A model generated the notes under the pieces. It searched no databases. It saw only the letters and a program-made list of their open reading frames with translations, and was not told where the DNA came from. Both the position numbers and the translations under genes were made by a program. DNA of 64,000 bases from Candidatus Woesearchaeota archaeon (lineage in GTDB: Archaea > Nanobdellota > Nanobdellia > SCGC-AAA011-G17 > ARS1403), in the NCBI GenBank assembly GCA_016188065.1, contig JACPIN010000020.1:764-64763 (forward strand), in the 5' to 3' direction. Shown here one piece after another: positions 48,572-56,802 of this stretch. Numbering within the stretch: the first letter of the stretch is position 1; each line of letters opens with the position of its first letter.

Positions 48572-49978
48572 TTAAATAAACTTTATCTTCCTCATTGCAA
48601 AAAAGCACATCTTTATTAGAAGCCAGCCATGTGCAAATCTCCGGATGTTTGTTTCTCCGTATTTTCTTTCCTGGTATCTTATCGGGATTTCAACAATTTT
48701 CAAATCCATTTTAGAAGCTCCGAATATTAGATCAAAGTCGCCAAAAGGATCAAAGTCGCCAAAATATGACCCGTTTTTCTTTAACATCATGTAATTCTCT
48801 TTTGATATCACCTTGGTTCCACATAGAGTATCTTTCAATCTTTGATCTAGAAGCCAAGAAAACATTAAACTGAACATTTTATTGCCAAACAAGTTTAAGG
48901 TGCGCATTGCTTCTTCTTCCATCGGATAGACTAACCGAGAGCCATTGATGAATTCTCCTTTGTTTGATGCTATTGCTCTGTAGAACTTTTCCATGTCTTT
49001 TGCAGGGACTGTCATGTCTGCATCATAAATCATTAGGATCTCTCCTGATGCTAATTCAAAGCCTTTTCTTACTGCATCTCCTTTTCCTCTCCTCTCCTGT
49101 TGCGACTGGAGAATGTTTTTGTTTCTATACTTTTCAGCTATCCTTTTTATTTCTTCCCATGTTCCATCGCTAGAACCCCCTTCAATGAATATTATTTCTG
49201 TTTCTTCCCCGAGATCAGGAAGCTGCTGAACAATTTTTTCAATGTTGCCTTTTTCATTCCTTGCTGGGACAATGATAGAAACTGTTTTTTCTTTTTTCGG
49301 CTCTATATTTATCGGCCTTGCTATAATATATTGAGATAGGCATAATTTTCTTATTAACGGCAATGGCGCTAAATATCTATTGCAGAAATTTGAGATTAAC
49401 GGGATGAATTTAGGAATTAAAATTATCTCGCCTGTTTTAATCACTTCAAATTGTTCTAAGTTTAGCAGCCCTTCAATGTCTTTTTTTGAAAGCCAGTTTG
49501 TAAAAGGCTCTTTTGCCTTAAGCCCTAGAAACTCAGCTAATTTAAGTACAGGCTCCCATAACTTATTGTAGTAATTAATGATGACTCTTGTTTTGTTTGT
49601 GCAGTTCTGCCTTATATTTTTTAATATTGCTTGAACATCTTCAAAATAACCAATAGAATCTGAGATGATGATGTGATCAAACTTTTCATTGAGCTTGTAA
49701 TCTGATGCATTCCCGACGATGAAATTAAGATTTATGTATTTTTTAGATCCTAAACTTATCATTTCCTTGCTGAAATCAATTCCAAAACCTTTTTTTGGCT
49801 TTAACGAGTTCAAAATAAAACCAATTCCACAACCTATTTCTAAAACATTTTTTTCTTCTGGTATGTGAAATTTTAAAAAGTTTATAAGAAGCTTATTGTA
49901 GTATTTGTTTTTTTTTATCCATATATCTCTATCACTAGCACTTTTGTCAAAATATCCTATAAGTCTGTCTTGCTTCAT
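48572..49978 (-). CDS. Fused SAM methyltransferase + GT2 glycosyltransferase
   Basis: VLEIGCGIG; IIVPARNEKGNI, EGGSSDGT, YDADMTV, DTLCGTK, DPFGDFDLIFGA. Confidence 0.85.
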   Translation of the reverse strand: MKQDRLIGYFDKSASDRDIWIKKNKYYNKLLINFLKFHIPEEKNVLEIGCGIGFILNSLKPKKGFGIDFSKEMISLGSKKYINLNFIVGNASDYKLNEKFDHIIISDSIGYFEDVQAILKNIRQNCTNKTRVIINYYNKLWEPVLKLAEFLGLKAKEPFTNWLSKKDIEGLLNLEQFEVIKTGEIILIPKFIPLISNFCNRYLAPLPLIRKLCLSQYIIARPINIEPKKEKTVSIIVPARNEKGNIEKIVQQLPDLGEETEIIFIEGGSSDGTWEEIKRIAEKYRNKNILQSQQERRGKGDAVRKGFELASGEILMIYDADMTVPAKDMEKFYRAIASNKGEFINGSRLVYPMEEEAMRTLNLFGNKMFSLMFSWLLDQRLKDTLCGTKVISKENYMMLKKNGSYFGDFDPFGDFDLIFGASKMDLKIVEIPIRYQERKYGETNIRRFAHGWLLIKMCFFAMRKIKFI

Positions 49979-50031
49979 CTATAAATAATAAAATCAAGAA
50001 ATCAATTTTTTAAACATATCTAAAATCTAAT

Positions 50032-50117
50032 AGCCATCGGAGGGATTTGAACCCCCAACCTATTGCTTACAAGGCAACTGAGCTTTTTTAATTGCTCTAC
50101 CATTGAGCTACGATGGC
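50032..50117 (-). tRNA. tRNA-Thr(TGT) with 14-nt non-canonical intron at position 27/28 (50078-50091)
   Basis: GCCATCG/CGATGGC acceptor stem. Removing TTAAAAAAGCTCAG restores the anticodon arm ATTGC-CTTGTAA-GCAAT. A BHB motif can be drawn. Confidence 0.9.
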
Positions 50118-50151
50118 TTTGAGAAGATTTAGAAAAAGTTTATTTATTAAA

Positions 50152-50715
50152 TTATTGCTTTTCAAAAATTCTTATCTGGCAGCCTGTAACTGGGTAGATT
50201 TTTTTTAGATGCTCGCGCAACTGCACCTGAAGCTTTGCTTCTAATAATGCATGGATGTTTTCCTGATAGCTCTGCTTTTTGACTGCTGCCCTCAAAAATT
50301 CTTCTGAGTTTTTTCTGATTTTTGACAGAACACCCTTTGTTGTTTTTGATTTTGTAATTAGGACCGGCTTTGCAACCACTGCAATATTGTCTTTTGTCTC
50401 CAGCTTGAAGCTTTGGTCTACCTTGCTTTTGCCAGGGTGCATCATTCGTTTAATAGAACTTGGCATTATCTGATAACCCTTTATTTCTGTCAATGCTTTA
50501 TTATCCTTAATCTCAGTTATCCTGAAGGTTATCTTGACATTCTGCTTTTTAGGATCGTGCAGTAAATCCATTCCAGTCATAGTAACTGTCTTTCCTACTA
50601 GCTTAGAAGGGTCCGAGGTTAGTGTTTCTCCAATCTCCGGGATCCTGAAGCCAGGTGTTGGCAGTATAGAATACCAGTGCTTTTTCTTTACCTTTATTTC
50701 CTGCTTTGCCATCAT
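50152..50715 (-). CDS. rps3ae: 30S ribosomal protein S3Ae (eS1)
   Basis: KKKHWYSI.P..F...IGET, GKTV, KQNVKITFRI, LKKIYPV. Confidence 0.85.
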   Translation of the reverse strand: MMAKQEIKVKKKHWYSILPTPGFRIPEIGETLTSDPSKLVGKTVTMTGMDLLHDPKKQNVKITFRITEIKDNKALTEIKGYQIMPSSIKRMMHPGKSKVDQSFKLETKDNIAVVAKPVLITKSKTTKGVLSKIRKNSEEFLRAAVKKQSYQENIHALLEAKLQVQLREHLKKIYPVTGCQIRIFEKQ

Positions 50716-50862
50716 TAGATTTCCATAAAGTTCGTTTATAAAATTATTGTTTTCAGAGTGTTAAGTTTCCGAGTGGTTGATTAGCTGTTATGTATCGGGT
50801 GACGGAGAGGATGTCGCATTATCAGGAGATAATTTTAATGTCTTATGGAAGGGCTTAAAGAT

Positions 50863-51924
50863 TCATACTTCCCCCCTTTTCTCTAAATAAAATTGTAAGT
50901 ATTCCAAAAATTCTCTTGAATTTGCAAAATAATTTAGATATGCTTTTTTTAGTTCTTCAACAGAATCTGCTCCAACAAGAACTACATCCTTATCCTTACT
51001 ATCGCTTTGTAATTTTTCTGCTTCTAAATAATGTTCTGTTGCGATCGTTTCTCCTTCTTCGGGATAACCTCTGATACTTAGATTTGGTTTTGTCTCATCG
51101 GATACATCCAATTCTAATAAAAAGAATTTCCATTCTTTAAGTTTTGGTTCTATAACTTTCAATGCTTGCGTCCAACTTCTCATTTTTGAAAATATTTTCA
51201 ATTTGTCCACTTTTTCTTTTATAGCACTGAATAGATTAGCATTATTTGTGGGGGTGTTTTCTACTTCTTTTTGTTTTTCAATTTTTGCAAAGGCAGAACT
51301 TAATAATCTAAAAAATTCTTTCCATTCTTCATCGCCCTCATTTGATTTAATTGCTTGTTTTGTAAACAAATCCACTATCTCTATTGCTGTTGCCCACGCA
51401 TGCTGAATTTTGCTTCTGACTTGTATCTCAATAAGCAATCCATCGTAAGTGTTTATTTTATCGCTTTTGTATCTGTAAATTAAATGCATACTTCTATATC
51501 CATCTTTTTTAGGATTTTTTATATAGTCTTTTTCTCTAATTTTTTTATGCTTAAGCCCTCTACTTTTTCTATAAATTCCCACTAATTCATTAACTTTATC
51601 CACATCAGAAAGAACAGCTCTACAACCCGCAATATCTTGCATTTGAGATAAACTCATGGTTTTTGTCTGGTCTCTTTTTAATTTTTTAATAATTGAAGGG
51701 GCTCTTTTCAACCTTTGTACAACTAAGTAGTTTTCATCTACCTTTTTTGATACTTGCCTTAATCTTGCTTGAAAAGTATTCATGGGGTAACCATGAGATG
51801 AACGCCAATTGTTCAAAATTGACATTGCTTCTTCTTTTTCTTCTTCTGTAGAATCTTCACTAACAAGAATATGTCCTGCTCTGTCTATTTTTGCTTTTCC
51901 GTATTTTGGCTTAGTCCATGCCAT
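50863..51924 (-). CDS. RelA/SpoT nucleotidyltransferase-domain protein, fused CapRel-like toxSAS-antitoxin
   Basis: QRLKRAPSIIKKL, MQDIAGCR, GYRSMHL, IEIQVRSKIQHAWATAIE. C-terminal DVVLV...ELKKAYLNYF carries a YxxY motif. Confidence 0.8.
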   Translation of the reverse strand: MAWTKPKYGKAKIDRAGHILVSEDSTEEEKEEAMSILNNWRSSHGYPMNTFQARLRQVSKKVDENYLVVQRLKRAPSIIKKLKRDQTKTMSLSQMQDIAGCRAVLSDVDKVNELVGIYRKSRGLKHKKIREKDYIKNPKKDGYRSMHLIYRYKSDKINTYDGLLIEIQVRSKIQHAWATAIEIVDLFTKQAIKSNEGDEEWKEFFRLLSSAFAKIEKQKEVENTPTNNANLFSAIKEKVDKLKIFSKMRSWTQALKVIEPKLKEWKFFLLELDVSDETKPNLSIRGYPEEGETIATEHYLEAEKLQSDSKDKDVVLVGADSVEELKKAYLNYFANSREFLEYLQFYLEKRGEV

Positions 51925-51947
51925 GCGATTATTAATTACTTAATTAC

Positions 51948-52045
51948 GCATGCTTTATATATCTTTGCATGCTTAAAAATTAACGCATGCAAAGGTTTAA
52001 ATATAGGGTTACATCATTATTGCATGCGTATTTTTATTTGCATGC
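51948..52045. repeat. Five phased GCATGC palindromes in the divergent promoter region
   Basis: GCATGC at 51948, 51967, 51985, 52022 and 52040 (spacings 19, 18, 37, 18), flanking BRE/TATA AAAGGTTTAAATA. Confidence 0.8.
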
Positions 52046-52051
52046 AATAAA

Positions 52052-52410
52052 ATGGAAAACACACAACAATATATAAAAAGTTTCTCCTCATGGAGAGAAG
52101 AAAGAGCAAAGGCAATTTTAGAGAAAGGTAACCCTCAAATTTTAGATGAATTTACCTATTTTGTGCCTTCTCAATCATCAGATAAAAAATACAAAGTAAC
52201 CCACATTGACGCTTATAGCTGTAATGTGCAGACTTTCAAAACAGATGTAAAGGCAAAAGGTTATACTGCAAACACCAGCAGATAAATGTGGTATTGGAGT
52301 TCAAGGTAACACATGGGAAACAATACTATTAAACTCAATTAAATACAAAAACACTTACGCCTTAACAGCAGAGGAGAAAATGCCAATAACACCCTTATTC
52401 CTAACACTCT
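52052..52410 (+). pseudogene. Internally deleted transposase remnant (SWIM zinc-finger N-terminus joined to a DDE-integrase-like C-terminal tail)
   Basis: VPSQSSDKKYKV..YSC, then the shifted frame gives CADFQNRCKGKRLYCKH (SWIM CxC..CxH). A third frame from 52272 reads TPADKCGIGVQGNTWETILLNSI and runs into the right inverted repeat. Confidence 0.55.
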
Positions 52411-53768
52411 CTTGTTTTCACTCTCACTGCTCTTGCAAGCCCTATGAACTCAGATTCTTTTTCCCGATGGATTAAAGCGCCAGCTGCGTTCCTATGGCCG
52501 CCTGCCTGAAACCCTAGCTTGGAGGTTATTGAATCCAGGATTTCCTTTAAATTGAGATTATTATTTTTGTGGCCTGAGCAGCGCATGGATATTTTTGTGC
52601 TTTCCTCTGCGGTATGCGCCATGGAGATTATTATTGTATTTTCTGGATAGAGATTAGACTTGGCTATCATTGAAGTTAATGTCCCTATGATCGTATCCCT
52701 TACATGATTTTCAGCGTTAATAATAACAAGATTTCCCACTTCAATTATTTTTTCTTTATTATTGTAAAACCAGTTCAATGACGAGATTAATTCCTTTTTG
52801 TAGTCGTTCAGTGTGCTGATTGCTGCTTCCTTCAGATTTTTATCCCCTATGCATGCAGCGATTCCTAAAGAATATCTATTCAACCTGCCGCAGGAATTCA
52901 GCAAAGTTGCAAACTCTCTCAGATCTTTTAGAGGAGACTCTTCCTGCTCTGTTTTCAATAAGTAAATTGGGCCGAGCACATCTTCAGGATTTTCCTCTGA
53001 CCCTAACCTCTGCAGGATTATTGATGTAACTAGATTCTTCATCTCTTCCTTGCTTAGATGAATTAATTTTTTTTCAGGATTGATGCCCAATTCATTGAGA
53101 AATTCTTTTGATGCCTGCTCGCTTCCGGTTATTCCAGGAATATAAGGATCTGTTGAATACTGCAGCAGCTTGCATAAATGCTTTGTCTGCGCTCCGAACA
53201 TCCTCAAACCTGTTGTTATCTCCAGATATGGCTTTGCATCTTCCAGAATTATTTTGTTTATTGACGTAAATCCCCCATTATCCTGGTTGTCACCTATTGC
53301 GCCTACTAGAGCTAATGTTGATAGATCTTTATTTTTCTCGTCTAAAGATTTTGCAAATAGATATGCAAGGCCTGCTCCAGAAACATCCTTGTTCCCGTCT
53401 AAGCCAAAAAGCATCGGGTTTAAATGAATGAAATTATTTTCAAAATGCTCTGGCTGATGATGATCAAGAATAATTATTTTTTTTGCATTGATTGCTTCTT
53501 TTATTTCTGCCAGATTTCCTGAGCCCAAATCGACGAATAAAAAAGTTTCATAAGATTCTGACTTGAATTGCGATAGAGTGTTGATAGAAATCTGCTTGAC
53601 AATTGTTAAAGCAAACTTCTTGTTCAGCCTCTTCAATGCTTTTGTAATTATCGCAGCTGAAGAAATTCCGTCTGCATCTAAATGTGAAATTACTCTTACT
53701 GTGCCGTTGCCGTTCCTTAAGTTTTCAGCTTCCTGCTTTACTTTTTCAAGAAATGATTGCATCATCAT
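52401..53768 (-). CDS. Archaeal RecJ-like DHH phosphoesterase
   Basis: SHLDADGISS, FVDLGSG, ILDHH, VGAIGD, LLNSCGR, AGGHRNAAGA. Conserved position after rps15. Confidence 0.9.
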   Translation of the reverse strand: MMMQSFLEKVKQEAENLRNGNGTVRVISHLDADGISSAAIITKALKRLNKKFALTIVKQISINTLSQFKSESYETFLFVDLGSGNLAEIKEAINAKKIIILDHHQPEHFENNFIHLNPMLFGLDGNKDVSGAGLAYLFAKSLDEKNKDLSTLALVGAIGDNQDNGGFTSINKIILEDAKPYLEITTGLRMFGAQTKHLCKLLQYSTDPYIPGITGSEQASKEFLNELGINPEKKLIHLSKEEMKNLVTSIILQRLGSEENPEDVLGPIYLLKTEQEESPLKDLREFATLLNSCGRLNRYSLGIAACIGDKNLKEAAISTLNDYKKELISSLNWFYNNKEKIIEVGNLVIINAENHVRDTIIGTLTSMIAKSNLYPENTIIISMAHTAEESTKISMRCSGHKNNNLNLKEILDSITSKLGFQAGGHRNAAGALIHREKESEFIGLARAVRVKTREC

Positions 53769-54220
53769 TCAATTAAAAGGGATGCATGCTCTCTTGAGAA
53801 TCTCCAGTCTTGAGGGAGCTTGTCATTTGCCTTGTAATATTTGGCCAGCCTCTTTATCTTTGATTCTGTCAGCTGCAAACCCCTGACTGACGGCTGGTCT
53901 TTCCTGTTTGCCTGCAGATGCTTCGTTATGTTTATATATTTTCTAATTAAATTCAGCATATCTTCAGGGAGCTTTGGAAGCAGCTTTTCCTCTGCCAGAA
54001 TCTGGGTTATTGATTTCCCAGTTAATTGGCTAACGCTAGGTATTCCGTATGAGTCTCTTAAGATTATGCCTATCTGAGAATGAGATTTCTGAGCCTTTGC
54101 CAGCTTAGATATTAATTGTGTTAGCTCATTCTTGTCATACCTCTGCCAGGTAATTTTCTTTGCGCTTAGTGGCTTTTTACTGCCAGACTTTCCTTTCTTA
54201 CCTGAGTGCATTCTTGCCAT
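53765..54220 (-). CDS. rps15: 30S ribosomal protein S15 (archaeal uS15)
   Basis: MARMHSGKKGKSGSKKP, SQIGIILRDSYGIP, LPEDM.NLI, LTESKIKRLAKYYK. Confidence 0.95.
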   Translation of the reverse strand: MARMHSGKKGKSGSKKPLSAKKITWQRYDKNELTQLISKLAKAQKSHSQIGIILRDSYGIPSVSQLTGKSITQILAEEKLLPKLPEDMLNLIRKYINITKHLQANRKDQPSVRGLQLTESKIKRLAKYYKANDKLPQDWRFSREHASLLIE

Positions 54221-54230
54221 TTTAATATTG

Positions 54231-54281
54231 AGTGAACAGCTTGAAACTAGAAAAAATTTCCAGCATAGGCAAGCTTTCACT
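54231..54281 (-). ncRNA. Candidate structured leader upstream of rps15
   Basis: Minus strand AGTGAA-AGCTTG-cctatg-CTGGAAA-ttt-TTTCTAG-ttt-CAAGCT-g-TTCACT forms a long two-part hairpin ending 10 nt before the ATG. Confidence 0.5.
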
Positions 54282-54305
54282 GACCTATCTTGAAAAGAAT
54301 TGCAA

Positions 54306-54584
54306 TTATTCAGCTTTATAAACCTTATCGTTTTTTCTTGCCTTGTCTTTTACTTTAATGCCGACTGAATCCCCTTTCTTTGCGACTGCAACTTTTTTAT
54401 GCTCTATCTGCATTGAGTCAACTTTTTGCGTAAAGTCTGTTGTAGCGCCTTTTACATGTACCTTATCTCCGACTTTCAATGGGGCTGAGAGCTGAATTGC
54501 AATCACACCTACATGGCTATAAAACCCCATTACCTCCCCAATAAGAATCTCTTTAGATTTTTCTTTAGACATATCTTTTGGCAT
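54306..54584 (-). CDS. Small beta-barrel 'translation elongation factor-like' protein (EF-Tu domain II / U32 C-terminal-like)
   Basis: IGEV..FYSHVGV, LKVGDKVHVKG.TTDFTQKVDSMQIEH..V..AKKGDSVGIKV. Confidence 0.7.
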   Translation of the reverse strand: MPKDMSKEKSKEILIGEVMGFYSHVGVIAIQLSAPLKVGDKVHVKGATTDFTQKVDSMQIEHKKVAVAKKGDSVGIKVKDKARKNDKVYKAE

Positions 54585-54624
54585 AGTAAACTATAATACA
54601 ATTAAATATTTAAATATTATTGTT

Positions 54625-55368
54625 TTAAAATTTTGAATAATAATCAGCCCATGTCCATCCTTTCTGCTTTATCAGGTGCTTGCAAATCATTGATGTATCT
54701 GCGTAAATTGGAATCTTCAACTCTGTTAGATCCTTGCAGAAAAACGCATCATCGAAAACAAAGTAGTTTTTTTCTTTTTTATCATACTCTTTTGAATAAT
54801 GAAAACTAATTTTTTTTAAAACCGAATTATGTATGAATAAACATCCTGAGCCGCATGAAGCTATCTGCATTAATTCTCCTGTTAATTCTCCCTCTTCCAA
54901 CTGCTGGATTACCTCTTTTTTATTTGTGAATTTCCAAATTGTTGGAAATATTCTTCCAAATCTTATTCCTTCTCTTGAACCCAATTTCTTCGGTGTAAAA
55001 TTTTTATAATTGAAATATATTCCAGTGATTACTCTTTTTTTATGCTGTAAAAACCGCCCTATAATCTCTTTTGGTGGAATAACATCCTGATCAATATTGA
55101 GGAAAAAATCATAATTATCTTCGAGAACTTTCTGCCTGAGAATATTTCTTGAATGCACCATCCTATCCCTTGGCTCTTCAAAGTATTTTCCCCTAATTAC
55201 ATTTACTTTCATTGATTTTAATTTTTTATAGAAGCTATCTGTTTTTGAATTGTCAATAAGCAAGACATCATAATTTCCATAGGTTAGACTTTTAACGGCT
55301 TCTACATATTCTTTAATGCAGTAATCATACATTTCATTTACAGGGCTGCCGACGAGGATTTTTTTCAT
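54625..55368 (-). CDS. GT-A fold glycosyltransferase-like protein, paralog 4 of 6
   Basis: KILVGSPVN, LIDNS, SRNILRQK, NIDQDVIPP, CGSGCLFIH, FDDAFFC. Confidence 0.7.
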   Translation of the reverse strand: MKKILVGSPVNEMYDYCIKEYVEAVKSLTYGNYDVLLIDNSKTDSFYKKLKSMKVNVIRGKYFEEPRDRMVHSRNILRQKVLEDNYDFFLNIDQDVIPPKEIIGRFLQHKKRVITGIYFNYKNFTPKKLGSREGIRFGRIFPTIWKFTNKKEVIQQLEEGELTGELMQIASCGSGCLFIHNSVLKKISFHYSKEYDKKEKNYFVFDDAFFCKDLTELKIPIYADTSMICKHLIKQKGWTWADYYSKF

Positions 55369-55369
55369 T

Positions 55370-56056
55370 TTATTTAAGATTGCTCCAACTCCAAGGCCTG
55401 TTTTTGATTAAATGCCTGCAGATCATATTTGTGTCTGCATAGATTTCTATTTTGTTATCTCTGCAGTCAAGCCCAAAAAAAATATCGTCGAACGCCGGGT
55501 ATTGCTTTTCATATCTGAATTTTATTTTCTCCAAAACTGATCTGTGCATTAATATGCAGCCAACTCCGGACATCGCAATCTTTATCAATCCTCTATTCAA
55601 CTCGGACGGCTTGAGAAAATACCTTTCCTCTTTTTCTAGATTTACTTTAGACCAGACTACCGGAGCTAGCTCAACACCTTTTTTTGTGTTTATGTAATTA
55701 AAATATACTCCTGTGACTACTCTTTTTTTATGCTGGAGAAGCCTTTCTATAACATCTTTTGGAGGGATAACATCCTGCTCTAAACTTAAAAAATAATCAT
55801 AATTGCCGTCGAGGACTTTCTGCCTGAGGATGTTTCTTGAAGTTATTATTCTTTCCCTGGCTGATTCAAAGTAAGGCCCTTTTACCGTCGGTAAATTTAA
55901 CGAATTTAGTTTTTTAAAATAAGAATCCTCTTTAGAGTTGTCGACCAGCATAATGTCATAGTTTTTGTAAGATAAGGACTTAACGGCTTCTGCATACTCT
56001 TTTAATGCATATTCGTGGTAGTCTGAAGTCGGGCAGCCTACTAAGATCTTTTTCAT
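55370..56056 (-). CDS. GT-A fold glycosyltransferase-like protein, paralog 5 of 6
   Basis: KILVGCPTS, LVDNS, SRNILRQK, SLEQDVIPP, SGVGCILMHR, FDDIFFG. Confidence 0.7.
   Translation of the reverse strand: MKKILVGCPTSDYHEYALKEYAEAVKSLSYKNYDIMLVDNSKEDSYFKKLNSLNLPTVKGPYFESARERIITSRNILRQKVLDGNYDYFLSLEQDVIPPKDVIERLLQHKKRVVTGVYFNYINTKKGVELAPVVWSKVNLEKEERYFLKPSELNRGLIKIAMSGVGCILMHRSVLEKIKFRYEKQYPAFDDIFFGLDCRDNKIEIYADTNMICRHLIKNRPWSWSNLK
55793..55868. repeat. 76-bp near-identical repeat, copy 1 (copy 2 at 56485-56560)
   Basis: 73 of 76 positions identical by manual comparison; encodes ESARERIITSRNILRQKVLDGNYDY. Confidence 0.85.
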
Positions 56057-56751
56057 TTTTTTATCTTGCTCCATGGATAAGGCCTGTTATAAATTAAGTG
56101 TTTGCATTTTATTGACGTATCTGCATACACTGGAATATTCTTGTTGTATAGATCTAGGAAAAACCATCTATCGTCGAAAGAATTTAAATCGTATCTGAAT
56201 TGAACTTCTTTTAAAACATCTCTGTGGATTAAAACACATCCTAACCCTGCTGAAATAATTTTCATTAGCCCTTGATTTTTCCAAAGCTCATCTTCATTTA
56301 ATGGGCGCATTGAAAGCGTTTTTTCATCCTCTAAAACATAAGCCAATGGAATCAATTTCGATAATGTTTCTCCTGGAATCATATTGTTGGCAAAATAAAC
56401 GGCTGTAATAACTTTTTTGTTGTGCTTGATTAATCTTTCTAAGATATCTTTTGGCGGGATAACATCCTGCTCCAGAGAGAAGAGATAATCATAATTGCCG
56501 TCGAGGACTTTCTGCCTGAGAATATTTCTTGAAGTTATTATCCTTTCCCTGGCTGATTCAGACCAAGCGCCTTTTATTACTGAGAGACCTGCCTCTTTTA
56601 TTTTATCTGAATAAGTATCGTCTCGAGAATTATCAACAAGCAGAATATCATGATTTTTATAAACAATCTTCTTAAGTGACTCTGTATACTGCTGCAGGGC
56701 GTATTCTTTATGAAAACTTGTTGGGCATCCTACCAGTACCTTTGGCTGCAT
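56053..56751 (-). CDS. GT-A fold glycosyltransferase-like protein, paralog 6 of 6
   Basis: KVLVGCPTS, LVDNS, SRNILRQK, SLEQDVIPP, AGLGCVLIHR, FDDRWFF. Confidence 0.7.
   Translation of the reverse strand: MQPKVLVGCPTSFHKEYALQQYTESLKKIVYKNHDILLVDNSRDDTYSDKIKEAGLSVIKGAWSESARERIITSRNILRQKVLDGNYDYLFSLEQDVIPPKDILERLIKHNKKVITAVYFANNMIPGETLSKLIPLAYVLEDEKTLSMRPLNEDELWKNQGLMKIISAGLGCVLIHRDVLKEVQFRYDLNSFDDRWFFLDLYNKNIPVYADTSIKCKHLIYNRPYPWSKIKK
56485..56560. repeat. 76-bp near-identical repeat, copy 2
   Basis: Matches 55793-55868 with 3 mismatches. Confidence 0.85.
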
Positions 56752-56802
56752 ATCGCTTATATACTGAAAAGGCTTAAAAACATAATTGAATTTAATTTTT
56801 AC

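Larger units (their letters stand above)
50755..52411. mobile_element. Non-autonomous IS-derived (IS6-like) element carrying a RelA/SpoT cargo gene
   Basis: Terminal inverted repeats AGAGTGTTA (50755-50763) and TAACACTCT (52402-52410); flanking direct repeat TTGTTTTC at 50747-50754 and 52412-52419; internal transposase remnant; interrupts the rps15-DHH-rps3ae cluster. Confidence 0.7.

Noticed and set aside
52389..52401. 13-mer ACACCCTTATTCC shared between the element's right end and the tRNA-Gln intron region (60063-60075)
   Set aside because: Dozens of chance 13-mer matches are expected within 64 kb, and the match does not extend.
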